A stretch of DNA of 52,473 nucleotides from Polyangiaceae bacterium (GTDB lineage: Bacteria; Myxococcota_A; Polyangia; Polyangiales; Polyangiaceae). Location: the NCBI GenBank assembly GCA_035063585.1, contig JAPSGB010000032.1, positions 1 through 52,473 of the forward strand, read 5' to 3'. This document shows, piece after piece, positions 24,959-34,190 of the stretch. A program made the translations under genes and the position numbers. The stretch's first letter is position 1. Each line of letters opens with the position of its first letter. A model generated the notes under the pieces. The model did no database searches, was not told the DNA's origin, and was given only the letters and a program-made list of their open reading frames with translations.

Positions 24959-27118
24959 TCAGGAGCCGCTTCCGCGCTTCGCGGCCGGGAGCGAAGTGGA
25001 CGAGCGCCGCGGGCGCGCTCGCGTCCCGCTCGCCTTGCGCTCGTTCACCGCGCGCAGCATCGCGCTCGAGCCGGAGGAGCGACCGGGCGGGGCCGAGGTC
25101 CGCGCGCGGTGTACCGCCCCGTCGACGAGCACCTCGACACCGAGCGAGCGGCAGCGCCGCGCGAGCCGATCGACGTCCACCGTCGAGGCGACCAGCAGCC
25201 CGCCGGGCGGAGACGGCTCGACGAACAAGTCCGCGGTCTGGCGGCGGGTCCGCAGGAGCTCGCGGATCTCGGGATCGTCCACCCAGAGAAACCCGAGGGT
25301 GGGGACCAGCTCGGCCCGGCCGACCACCGCGCTCGCCTGCGTCAGGAGCCGCTCGATCGGGTCCGGGAGCTGCGCGATCTGCTCGAGCCGCCCGCGGATG
25401 AGCTCGGGGTCGACGCCCGCGGCGAGCGACTGCGAGAGCGACTGCGGCGTAAGAATGACGTCGAGGTGCCGCTCGATGCTCCCGACCTCTACGAACGGTG
25501 CGAGCGCGACGGCCTGCCCGACCCGCACCGCGCCACCGAGCCTGAGCTCGTGGCCGTCGAGGAACCGCGACGGCTCGAGCGCCTGCGCAGGCGCCTCACC
25601 GGTGAGAAACGCGCGGCCTCGCGGCGTGATCCGCAGCGTAGGCTCGACCCCGTGCGTGTCGGGATCCCCGAGGTCGACGACCCCGAGGACGTGCAGGCTC
25701 TCGAAGGCGATCCGCCGCGCGATCTCGGCCGGTGTCTTCGGCTCGAAGCCCGCGCGCTGCGCCCACCGCTCGATGAGCCGCGCCACCCCAGGGGTTCGGC
25801 TGTCGGCGCGGACGTAGGCGGCGACCGCCTCCCAGGGCGCCCAGTTGCCGTCCCCGAGCTCGCGGAGCGCCTCGAGCACCATCTCCCGCACCACACCGAC
25901 CGTGCTCGGCTCACCGGCGCTGCGGAGCACCTCGCCGTCGGGACGCGCCTCGTCCCAGGCGCCGCCACGACGCCAGGCGTCGAACAGCGCTCCCGCGAGC
26001 GCGTCGAGGCGCAGCGAGCCCGGAGGCGCGGTGACGCTGACCACCGAGGCGTCCCACAGCCCGACCGCGCGGCTCAGCGACGCGATGAGCGCGACCGCCT
26101 CCGGGGTCCGCCCGAAGCGCGAGGCGAAGCGCGCGACCAGCGAGCGCGGAGTGCCGACCCCGGAGCGGACCTCGACGCCCGGATCACACACCGCCAGCGC
26201 CATCGCCAACGCCAGCGGAACCGGGTCCTCCGCGAAGCGCGCGCGCCGCGGCTCATGATCCTCGGCGAACACGAAGGAGCGGATCTCGCGCCGCTGCGCC
26301 TCGCGCTCCGCGCGGCGCTGCGCGCCGACGATGGCCGCCACCTCCGACGGCACGACGTGCCGGTTCGGGTGCACCGGCACCAGGAACGCGCGCCGCTCGA
26401 GCGCGAACCCGACGCCGCGCCGCGACGGCGTGACCCCGGTCGCGCCCCGCAGCCGCATCGGTTCCCGCTCGAGATCGAGCAGCTCCTCGGTGTCCACTTC
26501 ACCGCCGACCTTCTCGACCGCGCGGAGCAGCTTGCGCTCGAGCGGCGCGAGCGCCTCCACCGCTTCCTTGAGGGACGCCGCGCGCATGAGCGACTCCCAG
26601 GCCGGCTCGAGCGACAGCGCGAGGGGCGGCGTCGCCGGCCGCCCGAGGAAATGCGAGGCGATGCTGCTCATGACCTCGGGGCTCGCCTGGGCGATGAGCG
26701 CGCGGAGCCCCCGCGGATCCTCGCCCTCCCAGGTCGGCAGCACACACATGAAGGCAATCGGCAGGATGAGCTCGACGCCCCCCGCGACCGCGCGCGCGTA
26801 CGCGATCCCCTTGGCGACCAGCGGCTCGATCGCCGGCGGGAGCGACTCGACGACCAGGTTCCCCTTGGACTCGGCGATTCGGTTCAGGAGCTCTCGGGTC
26901 GCGGCCGGGAGCAGCGAGGGATCCCGAACCTCCGGCAGGATGACGAGCGCGCGCGCGACCTGCGAGGGGACGTCGATGCGCTTCGCCTCATCGGTCCCGA
27001 TCTTGAGGCGTCGGATCAGCGACTCGAGCTCGCTCGGAGGAAGCTGGCGGAGCACGTCCACGAGCCGGAGTGCCGGGGACGGCCGGGGGACGGTGCTCTT
27101 CTGGGTGCTGGAGGACAT
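24959..27118 (-). CDS. Helicase-associated (XPB/Ssl2 N-terminal-like, Helicase_C_3) domain protein without a helicase motor
   Basis: C-terminal LAPFVE......ILTPQSL.Q.LAAGVD.E.I...L.....LP..IE.LL pattern, preceded by winged-helix-like LRITPRG; no Walker motifs; start ATG 27118. Confidence 0.65.
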   Translation of the reverse strand: MSSSTQKSTVPRPSPALRLVDVLRQLPPSELESLIRRLKIGTDEAKRIDVPSQVARALVILPEVRDPSLLPAATRELLNRIAESKGNLVVESLPPAIEPLVAKGIAYARAVAGGVELILPIAFMCVLPTWEGEDPRGLRALIAQASPEVMSSIASHFLGRPATPPLALSLEPAWESLMRAASLKEAVEALAPLERKLLRAVEKVGGEVDTEELLDLEREPMRLRGATGVTPSRRGVGFALERRAFLVPVHPNRHVVPSEVAAIVGAQRRAEREAQRREIRSFVFAEDHEPRRARFAEDPVPLALAMALAVCDPGVEVRSGVGTPRSLVARFASRFGRTPEAVALIASLSRAVGLWDASVVSVTAPPGSLRLDALAGALFDAWRRGGAWDEARPDGEVLRSAGEPSTVGVVREMVLEALRELGDGNWAPWEAVAAYVRADSRTPGVARLIERWAQRAGFEPKTPAEIARRIAFESLHVLGVVDLGDPDTHGVEPTLRITPRGRAFLTGEAPAQALEPSRFLDGHELRLGGAVRVGQAVALAPFVEVGSIERHLDVILTPQSLSQSLAAGVDPELIRGRLEQIAQLPDPIERLLTQASAVVGRAELVPTLGFLWVDDPEIRELLRTRRQTADLFVEPSPPGGLLVASTVDVDRLARRCRSLGVEVLVDGAVHRARTSAPPGRSSGSSAMLRAVNERKASGTRARPRRSSTSLPAAKRGSGS

Positions 27119-27340
27119 GGGTGAAATCCAAAAAATGCCGCGATACTCTCCCCAGCAAAGCTCAAAGTCGCCGGGCTGTCCAGCCACGCCGGAACCCCGA
27201 GGCTGAACGAGCGACCCGAGCTCTCTTACACCTACCCACTTTCACATCCCCTCTCCGGACTGCTAGGACTTCGCCGAGCGGCGCTCGGACGCCCGCGCCA
27301 GACCGGCCGGCGCGCCGAGCCGACGACGCGGAGCCCTCGG

Positions 27341-28633
27341 ATGATCCTACGCGACCCTGTGCACGGCCTCGTCAGCTTCGAGACCGACGAGGAGTCGCTC
27401 CTGCCCGCGCTGCTCGAGTCGGCCGAGGTGCAGCGGCTCCGTCGCATCCGCCAGCTCGGCCTCACCTCGCTCGCCTACCCGGGGGCCGATCATACGCGTT
27501 TCTCGCACGCGATCGGCGCGGCGCACGTGATGACCCGCTTCATCGCTCGCATCCGCGCGCTGCCCGACGCGCTGCCCGAGACGCAGCGGCTGACCCGCGA
27601 GCGCGCGCGCGACGCGCTCGCGGCGGCGCTCCTGCACGACCTCGGTCACGGCCCCTTCTCGCACCTCTTCGAGGAGGCGCTCCCCCAGGGCCCGAGGCAC
27701 GAGGAGTGGACGTCCCGGATCCTGCTCGACGACCGCACCGAGGTGGGCCGACGGCTCCGCGAGCTCGACCCGGGCATGCCCCGGCGCGTCGCCGAGCTCG
27801 TCCATGGGCGCCACGAGCTCACCTTCCTCGCTCATGCGGTGAGCGGCACCTTCGACGTCGATCGCTGCGACTACTTGCTCCGCGACGCGTACTCCACGGG
27901 GGTCGGCTACGGGAGCTTCGATCTCGACTGGCTGCTCCGCAGCCTGCGGCTCGGCGCGGCGTCACGCCCCGGCGAAGCGCCACCGCTCGCCATCGACGGC
28001 GCCAAGGGCCTGCCGGCGATCGAGTCCTTCATCCTCGCGCGCCTCTTCATGTTCCAGCAGGTCTATTTCCACAAGGCGAGCCGCGCGAGCGAGTGGATGC
28101 TCGCCCGCGTGCTCGAGCGGGTCGGCGAGCTCGTCGTGGACGGCGCGGCGGTGCCGAACGTGCCCGAGGCGATCGCCGCCATCGCGCGCGACGGCGACGC
28201 GTCGCTCGGGTCCTACCTCGAGCTCGACGACAACCTGCTCATGCAGTGCCTGGCGGCGTGGCGAGAAGCCCGAGAGCCGGTGCTCCGCGATCTCTCGCGG
28301 CGCCTGTACGCGCGCCGGCTCTTCAAGACCTACGAGCTCTACGGCGACCAGCTCGCGCCGGCGGCGCGCGCGCAGGCCCTCGAGCGAGCGACCGAGGTCG
28401 CGCGTCGCGCCGGCCTCGATCCGCGCGTGTACGTCGGGCTCGACCAGGCCTCGGACGTCCCGTTCGACGACACCCACGAGCCGCTCACCGTCATCTTCCC
28501 GACCGGCGCGCCGCGCAAGCCGGGCGACGTCTCGTTCCTGCTCGGCCGCCTGCGCGGGGAGCGCCTCGAGCGGGTCCGCCTGATCTTCGCGCCGGAGCTC
28601 CGCGACGACATCGTGCGAGCCGTGGAAGCATGA
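27341..28633 (+). CDS. HD-domain phosphohydrolase, SAMHD1/YwfO-like (putative dNTP triphosphohydrolase)
   Basis: RDPVHG, QRLRRIRQLG, HTRFSH, LLHDLGHGPFSH, DVDRCDYLLRD, MFQQVYFHK. Confidence 0.92.
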   Translation: MILRDPVHGLVSFETDEESLLPALLESAEVQRLRRIRQLGLTSLAYPGADHTRFSHAIGAAHVMTRFIARIRALPDALPETQRLTRERARDALAAALLHDLGHGPFSHLFEEALPQGPRHEEWTSRILLDDRTEVGRRLRELDPGMPRRVAELVHGRHELTFLAHAVSGTFDVDRCDYLLRDAYSTGVGYGSFDLDWLLRSLRLGAASRPGEAPPLAIDGAKGLPAIESFILARLFMFQQVYFHKASRASEWMLARVLERVGELVVDGAAVPNVPEAIAAIARDGDASLGSYLELDDNLLMQCLAAWREAREPVLRDLSRRLYARRLFKTYELYGDQLAPAARAQALERATEVARRAGLDPRVYVGLDQASDVPFDDTHEPLTVIFPTGAPRKPGDVSFLLGRLRGERLERVRLIFAPELRDDIVRAVEA

Positions 28634-29361
28634 GCCGCGAGGCGACCGGGTGGGGTCGGTCCGGCGCGGCCGGCGGGCGGGGCGTCGCCCTCACCGCGAC
28701 CGCGCTCGCCGCGCTCTTCGCGTCGACCCCCGCCCGCGCCGACGAGAGCGCCCGATGGGGTCGCCGGACGACCGCTCCGGTCTCGCCGAGCGTGGTCCCG
28801 CCCTCCGGCGCGCCGAGCGAGGCCGACGGCGTCTACGGTCGCTTCGACGGCGATCTCGAGCTCTCGCTCGGCGCGGGCGCCGCGCTCGACCCGGACGCGA
28901 CGCGCGGGGCGCTCGCGCTCGGTCTCCATTACTTCTCGGTCGCCGGCGTGACCCTCACCGCGAGCGACGCGCTCGGTCGCTCGGTCGCCGGCGACGCTCG
29001 CGTGCTCGGCGTGGCGGTCGATCTCCGCCCGGGCTTCGTGCCGCGCTGGGCGCAGGGGATGGAACGCGGCCCGGCATTGCTCGACCTCTTCATCGACTCG
29101 GTCTCGCTCTCCCTCGGCGCGTGGTGGGCCGGGCTCGACGGAGGCGCGCTCGGCGAGCGGCGCGGGCTCGAGGCGTCGCTCGGGTTCGGGGTGCCGCTCA
29201 CGGGGCGCGCGCCGGGCCCGTGGCTCGAGGCGCGCGGCGCCCTCCGGTGGCCGGACGCCACCGCCGCGGGCCCGACCGAGGTCGTGCCGGGCGCGCTCCT
29301 GCTCGTCTCGTGGCACCTGTTCATGGTGTCGCCGCTCGCGAACGATCCGAGCCTCCTCTGA
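28630..29361 (+). CDS. Exported hypothetical protein, beta-strand rich
   Basis: ATGA overlap with the HD gene; signal-like segment ending ARA-D; DGVYGRFDGD motif and alternating beta strands; start uncertain. Confidence 0.6.
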   Translation: MSREATGWGRSGAAGGRGVALTATALAALFASTPARADESARWGRRTTAPVSPSVVPPSGAPSEADGVYGRFDGDLELSLGAGAALDPDATRGALALGLHYFSVAGVTLTASDALGRSVAGDARVLGVAVDLRPGFVPRWAQGMERGPALLDLFIDSVSLSLGAWWAGLDGGALGERRGLEASLGFGVPLTGRAPGPWLEARGALRWPDATAAGPTEVVPGALLLVSWHLFMVSPLANDPSLL

Positions 29362-29382
29362 GCCGCGCCTCGCGCGAGCGGC

Positions 29383-30546
29383 TCACCGCGCGAGCGGGCG
29401 GACCACGGGGCTACGCGCCGCCCCGGCAACCTCCTCCTCGACGGCGCGGCGCTCGCGCCGGCAGAAGTCGGCGACCGCGGCCCGGAGCGCCGGGTCCGCG
29501 AGCAGATGCGCGCTGTGGGTGGCGGTCGGCGCGAAGCCGCGCGCGAGCTTGTGCTCACCGCCCGCGCCCGGTTCGAAGAGCGCGAGCCCACGCGCGATCG
29601 CGTCCTCGATGGCGCGGTAGTAGCAGACGTTGAAGTGGAGGAACGGGCGCTCTTCCCGCGCGCCCCAGTAGCGCCCATAGAGCGCGCGCTTCCCGAGCAG
29701 GTTGAACGCGCCGGCGACGATGCGACGGCTCGCCTGGTCGCGCGCGATGACCAGGTGCAGGCGCTCGGGCATCCGCGCGCACACCTCGCGAAAGAACGCG
29801 CGGTTCAGGTACTGCCTCCCCCAGGAAAACTTCTCGATGGTCGAGACGTAGAGCTCGAACATCACCTCGGCGAGCTCCGGGGTGAGCTCGGCGCCGGTCG
29901 CGATCTCGAGCCGAGTGCCCTGCTCGTCGAGCGCGCGGCGCTCACGACGGATCTGGTGGCGTCGCTTCGAGTCGAAGCACGAGAGAAACTCGTCGAAGGA
30001 CGCGTAGCCCTGGTTTCTCCAGTGAAACTGGAGCCCGAAGCGGTGGAGCATCCCGGCGCGAGCGAGCGCCGCCGCCTCCGGCTCGGGCGGGAACAGCACG
30101 TGCGCGCCCGAGAGCCCGAGGCGCTCGACCACGCCGGCGAGGCCGCGCGCGAACGCCTCCTCGAGGGGCGCGCGCTCACGCCCGGCGGCCACCAGGAGCC
30201 GCGGTCCGGTGGCCGGCGTGAACGGCACGCCGACCACGAGCTTCGGGTAGTACGCGAGCCCGAGACGCTCCTCGGCGAAGCGCGCCCACCCGTAGTCGAA
30301 CACGAACTCACCGTCGCTGTGGGACTTCAAGTAGGCGGGCGCCGCGGCGACCAGCGCGTCCTCGTCGTGGAGCGTGAGAAAGCACGGCGTCCAGCCACGC
30401 TCCGGGGTCACCGCCCCGCTCACCTCGAGCGCGTCGAGCCAGGTGAACTCGAGGAACGGCGGCGCGTCGGCCGGGAGGAGCGCGCTCCACGCCGCCTCGC
30501 CGAGGTCGCGGATCGATCCGTGCGTGCGGAGCTCGAGCGCGGCCAT
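29383..30546 (-). CDS. GNAT/FemAB-like protein (DUF482 family)
   Basis: PFL...L.ALE.SG, Y.KSHS.GEFVFD.GWA, YYPKL, PFTPATG.R, LYGRYWG, LHFNVCYY, GAGGEHKLARGF. Confidence 0.92.
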   Translation of the reverse strand: MAALELRTHGSIRDLGEAAWSALLPADAPPFLEFTWLDALEVSGAVTPERGWTPCFLTLHDEDALVAAAPAYLKSHSDGEFVFDYGWARFAEERLGLAYYPKLVVGVPFTPATGPRLLVAAGRERAPLEEAFARGLAGVVERLGLSGAHVLFPPEPEAAALARAGMLHRFGLQFHWRNQGYASFDEFLSCFDSKRRHQIRRERRALDEQGTRLEIATGAELTPELAEVMFELYVSTIEKFSWGRQYLNRAFFREVCARMPERLHLVIARDQASRRIVAGAFNLLGKRALYGRYWGAREERPFLHFNVCYYRAIEDAIARGLALFEPGAGGEHKLARGFAPTATHSAHLLADPALRAAVADFCRRERRAVEEEVAGAARSPVVRPLAR

Positions 30547-30610
30547 CGTGGATGAGCCGGAACCTAGGGCCCGGCCCGCCGCGCGACCAGCCCCGGCCCG
30601 GACCCGCCGC

Positions 30611-31825
30611 TCAGAGGAGCTTCCGGAAGCGGTAGAAGATGAACTCGAGGAGCCGATCTCCGAGCGGACGAAAACGGAACTCGCGCTCGTCGACCTCGCG
30701 TGCCGTCTCGAGATCGGCGAGAAACGCCCGCTCGAGCACCCTCGCGAAGGACTCGTCGCGCACCGCGAGGTTCACCTCCAGGTTCGAGCGGAGCGACTGC
30801 GCGTCGAGGTTGAAGCTGCCGATGGTGCCCCACTCGCCGTCGATGACGGCGGTCTTTCCATGGAGCACGCTCGGGTACCACTCGAAGATGCGGACCCCGC
30901 TGCGCAGCAGCCCGCCCCACATCGCGCGGCTCGCGTGCCTCACGATGGGCACGTCGCTCTCGCCCGGCACGAGCACGCGCACGTCGACGCCGCGCCGCGC
31001 GGCGCGCTCGAGCGCCAGCTTCACCGCGTGATCCGGGACGAAATAGGAGTTGGTGATCCAGACGCGGCGCGTGGCGCGATAGATGTTGTAGAGATAGGCT
31101 TGGACGATTTCGCGGCGGTGGTGCGCGTAGTTCTCGCCGAGCACCGCCACGCGCGGCGCGACGCCCGGGTTCGCGGGCGCGGGCGGCGAGGCTCCGAGGC
31201 GCGGCCCCCCCTGCGCGCGCCAGGTGCCCTGAAAGAGCTCGGCGAGGCTCCCGACCGCGGGGCCCTCGAGCGCGGCCATGTAGTCCCGCCACTCGGCTCC
31301 GCCCTCGCTCGCCGGGAGCCACCGATCGGACACGTTGAGCCCCCCAGTGAAGCCGAGTCCGCCGTCGATCACGAGGATCTTACGGTGATCGCGGCGGGTG
31401 AGCCGCGCCAGGCGGAAGCGGCGCTCCCAGGGTCGAATCGGTCCGTACTCGAGCACCTTCACCCCGGCGTCTTCGAGCGACCCGAAGAGCGCGCGGTCGC
31501 TGTCCCACGAGCCCACCGAGTCGTAGAGGAGCGCGACCTCCACGCCGCGCGCCGCGGCCGACTCGAGCGCGCGGGCGAAGCGACGCCCGGTCTCATCCGA
31601 AGCGAACCAGTACATCTCGAAGAGGATCTGGCGGCGGGCGTGGGCGATCGCGTCGAGCATCGCCGGGAATGCCTGGGCGCCATCCACCAAGAGCGCGAGG
31701 CGATTTCCCGCGACGAGGCGCGTCTCGTGAGGCGCGAGCCGCTCGAGCAAGCGGCGCGTCCGCCGCTCCGCGAGGCGAGACCATCCGCTCGCACGGACTC
31801 CGGCAGGAGGGCCGATCTCGGACAT
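30611..31825 (-). CDS. clsB: Phospholipase D family cardiolipin synthase, ClsB-like (no N-terminal TM)
   Basis: Two HKD motifs (DHRKILVID, LHGKTAVID), WRD, NSYFVP, GSFNLD.S..N.E; start uncertain. Confidence 0.85.
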   Translation of the reverse strand: MSEIGPPAGVRASGWSRLAERRTRRLLERLAPHETRLVAGNRLALLVDGAQAFPAMLDAIAHARRQILFEMYWFASDETGRRFARALESAAARGVEVALLYDSVGSWDSDRALFGSLEDAGVKVLEYGPIRPWERRFRLARLTRRDHRKILVIDGGLGFTGGLNVSDRWLPASEGGAEWRDYMAALEGPAVGSLAELFQGTWRAQGGPRLGASPPAPANPGVAPRVAVLGENYAHHRREIVQAYLYNIYRATRRVWITNSYFVPDHAVKLALERAARRGVDVRVLVPGESDVPIVRHASRAMWGGLLRSGVRIFEWYPSVLHGKTAVIDGEWGTIGSFNLDAQSLRSNLEVNLAVRDESFARVLERAFLADLETAREVDEREFRFRPLGDRLLEFIFYRFRKLL

Positions 31826-31930
31826 CTCGGGCTCTTGGCGAGGATGGGGCCAGCGCGCGGAGCGGGCAAGCTCCCGAGCCACGCGGCTACCCGCTGCCGC
31901 CGGGGCCCGGTCGAGGCTATGATCCTTGGC

Positions 31931-33031
31931 ATGTCCCCCGCTCGTCATTCGATCCTCGGCGCCCTCGCGCTCGCGACGGTCGCGCTCGGCGCCTGCCAGG
32001 AAGGGAGCGCCCGGCGGACGCAGTACCCGCCGCAGCCGCCGGGGTACGGGTACGGGCAATATCCGCCGGGCTACCCCGCGCAGCCGGGCTACCCCGCGCA
32101 GCCGGGCTACCCCGCGCCGCCGGGCTACCCCGCGCCGCCGGGCTACCCCGCGCAGCCTCAACCTGGTCATCCGGCCCAGCCGCAACCCGCCGCGCCCGCC
32201 ACGCCGCAGCCGTCTCCGGCCCCCGTCGCGAACGATCCGATCACCGCCAATGATCTCGTGTGGCTGAGGAGCCGCGCCCAGTGGATGCTCTCGACGCTCG
32301 TCGCCTCGCTGCCGGCATCGCAAGCGAACCAGGTCGCGGGGATCCCGCTGGTCGTCGACGACACGGTCGGGGAGGTCAACGCGTTTGCGTCCTGCACCAA
32401 GGGCGGCAAGCGCGCGATGGCCATCACCGACGGCCTGCTCGACATCGAGGCGCACCTCGCCCAGGCGCGCGCGACCGACGAGATCTTCGGCACGCACAAG
32501 ACGGACGAGTACATCAGGCTCATCGCGCAGCACCAGCGGCCGAAGCAGCCCATCGTGCAGCCGCCCGCCGGGTTCTTCGACCCGGCGCAGCAGGTCGATG
32601 GGCGCAAGGTCGCCCGCCAGCACGTGCTCTTCGACGAGCAGCTCGGCTTCGTGCTTGGCCACGAGCTCGGGCATCACTACCTCGGACACCTGAACTGCAG
32701 CGCGTCGAGCGGCCCGCTCACCCCAGCCGAGATCGGCCAGGTCCTCTCGAGCGCGGTGCCGCTCTTCAACCAGCCGAACGAGATCGCCGCGGACATCGCG
32801 GGCACCAACAACATCCTCACGGCCGGCACCCGGCAGCCGGGCCGCTGGACGGAAGCAGGCGGCGTCCTGACCATGCAGTTCTTCGCCGGCCTCGAGCAGC
32901 TGAGCCCGGTCGACGTCCTCTTCAGCTTCGACCGCGACCACCCGGCGCCGCAGCTCCGAATTCCCATCATCCAGCAGGCCGCCAACACCTGGCGCCTCAC
33001 CGGAGGCCGCTTGCCGCTCCCCTCGCTCTAG
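31931..33031 (+). CDS. M48-family zinc metallopeptidase lipoprotein with Pro/Gly/Tyr repeat linker
   Basis: Lipobox LGAC, VNAFA, FVLGHELGHH, E..AD..G, HP...R. Confidence 0.85.
   Translation: MSPARHSILGALALATVALGACQEGSARRTQYPPQPPGYGYGQYPPGYPAQPGYPAQPGYPAPPGYPAPPGYPAQPQPGHPAQPQPAAPATPQPSPAPVANDPITANDLVWLRSRAQWMLSTLVASLPASQANQVAGIPLVVDDTVGEVNAFASCTKGGKRAMAITDGLLDIEAHLAQARATDEIFGTHKTDEYIRLIAQHQRPKQPIVQPPAGFFDPAQQVDGRKVARQHVLFDEQLGFVLGHELGHHYLGHLNCSASSGPLTPAEIGQVLSSAVPLFNQPNEIAADIAGTNNILTAGTRQPGRWTEAGGVLTMQFFAGLEQLSPVDVLFSFDRDHPAPQLRIPIIQQAANTWRLTGGRLPLPSL
32066..32155 (+). repeat. Intragenic 18-bp tandem repeat x5 (PGYPAQ/PGYPAP)
   Basis: CCGGGCTACCCCGCGC(A/C)G repeated five times. Confidence 0.9.
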
Positions 33032-33069
33032 GAGGAAACTCTCCGGGCGGAGCGGCCGACCGGCGGGCA

Positions 33070-34137
33070 ATGAGCGACAAGACCGAGGAACCTACCCCGC
33101 AGCGGCTCAGGCGGGCGCGCGAAGAGGGAGACGTCCCCGTCTCGGGCGCGTTGATGCAGGCCGTGAGCTTCCTCGTCGCGCTGGCGCTCGCTCCGGCGGC
33201 GGTGGCGAGCCTCGTCGGGCGCTCTTCGGAGCTCATCCGCGCCGCCATCGCCCACCCCCACGAGCCGCTCTCCTCCGTCGCCATCGCGCGCGAGGTCGTG
33301 TCGTTGCTCGCTCCGCTCCTGCTCGCGGCCGGCGCGGCGGCGGCGGCGCTCGGCTTCGTCCAGAGCGGCGGGGTCATCTCGACCAAGAAGCTCGCGCCGG
33401 ATCTCGCCCGCCTGAACCCGGTGAGCGGGCTCAAGAACCTGTGGAGCAAGCAGCGCGCGGTAGGCATCGTGCGCGCGCTCGCGGCCGCGCTGGTGGTGGG
33501 CTGGCTCGCCGGGAGGCTGCTCATCGAGCAGGCCGGGAGCCTGGCGGCGGCCACCGGCAGCGCCGAAGCGATCCCGGTCGTCGCGGGGGTGCTCACCCGA
33601 CGGCTCATGTGGCTCGCGGCGCTGGTCGGGCTCGCGCTCGGCCTCGTCGATCTCCTGCTCGTGCGGCGGGCGTGGTTCGAGAAGAACCGCATGACCCGCG
33701 ACGAGGTGAAGCGGGAGCACCGAGAGTCCGAGGGCGATCCGGCGATCAAGGCGGCGCGGCACCGGGCTCACCAGGAGATGCTCGCGAGCGCGACCATCTC
33801 CTCGGTGAGAGACGCGACGGTGGTGGTCGTGAACCCGACTCACCTGGCGACCGCGCTCCGCTACGCGGAGGGTGGTGACGACGAGGCCGACGGAGCAGGC
33901 GACGTCGCGCCGCGCGTGGTCGCCAAAGGCGAGGGCGAGCTCGCCCAGCGCATCATCGAGGCCGCGCGCGCCTACGGGGTCCCGGTGGTGCGTGATGTCC
34001 CGGTGGCACGCGCGCTCAGCGAGCTCGAGATCGGTGACGAGATCCCGGAGGCGCTCTACGAGGCGGTCGCGGAGATCTTGCGAGGCGTGTGGGAAGAGGC
34101 TGAGGCGGCGGGCGACGTCGCGCGCGACTCGAGCTGA
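33070..34137 (+). CDS. sctU: SctU/EscU/YscU/FlhB family type III export-apparatus switch protein
   Basis: MSDKTEEPTPQRLRRAREEG, four TM segments, MTRDEVKREHRESEGDP, NPTH autocleavage site, APRVVAKG, IPEALYEAVAEIL. Confidence 0.93.
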   Translation: MSDKTEEPTPQRLRRAREEGDVPVSGALMQAVSFLVALALAPAAVASLVGRSSELIRAAIAHPHEPLSSVAIAREVVSLLAPLLLAAGAAAAALGFVQSGGVISTKKLAPDLARLNPVSGLKNLWSKQRAVGIVRALAAALVVGWLAGRLLIEQAGSLAAATGSAEAIPVVAGVLTRRLMWLAALVGLALGLVDLLLVRRAWFEKNRMTRDEVKREHRESEGDPAIKAARHRAHQEMLASATISSVRDATVVVVNPTHLATALRYAEGGDDEADGAGDVAPRVVAKGEGELAQRIIEAARAYGVPVVRDVPVARALSELEIGDEIPEALYEAVAEILRGVWEEAEAAGDVARDSS

Positions 34138-34190
34138 CGAGCGGCTCGGGCCGGCTCCCGCGAGGCACGACGCCGAGGCGCGCGAGCGCC

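Noticed and set aside
27341..28633. Anti-phage dNTPase defence system
   Set aside because: It looks like the widespread housekeeping YwfO-like type in a core-gene context with no defence or mobile genes nearby
33070..34137. Flagellar or T3SS gene cluster
   Set aside because: Only the single SctU/FlhB gene is present; the neighbours are unrelated
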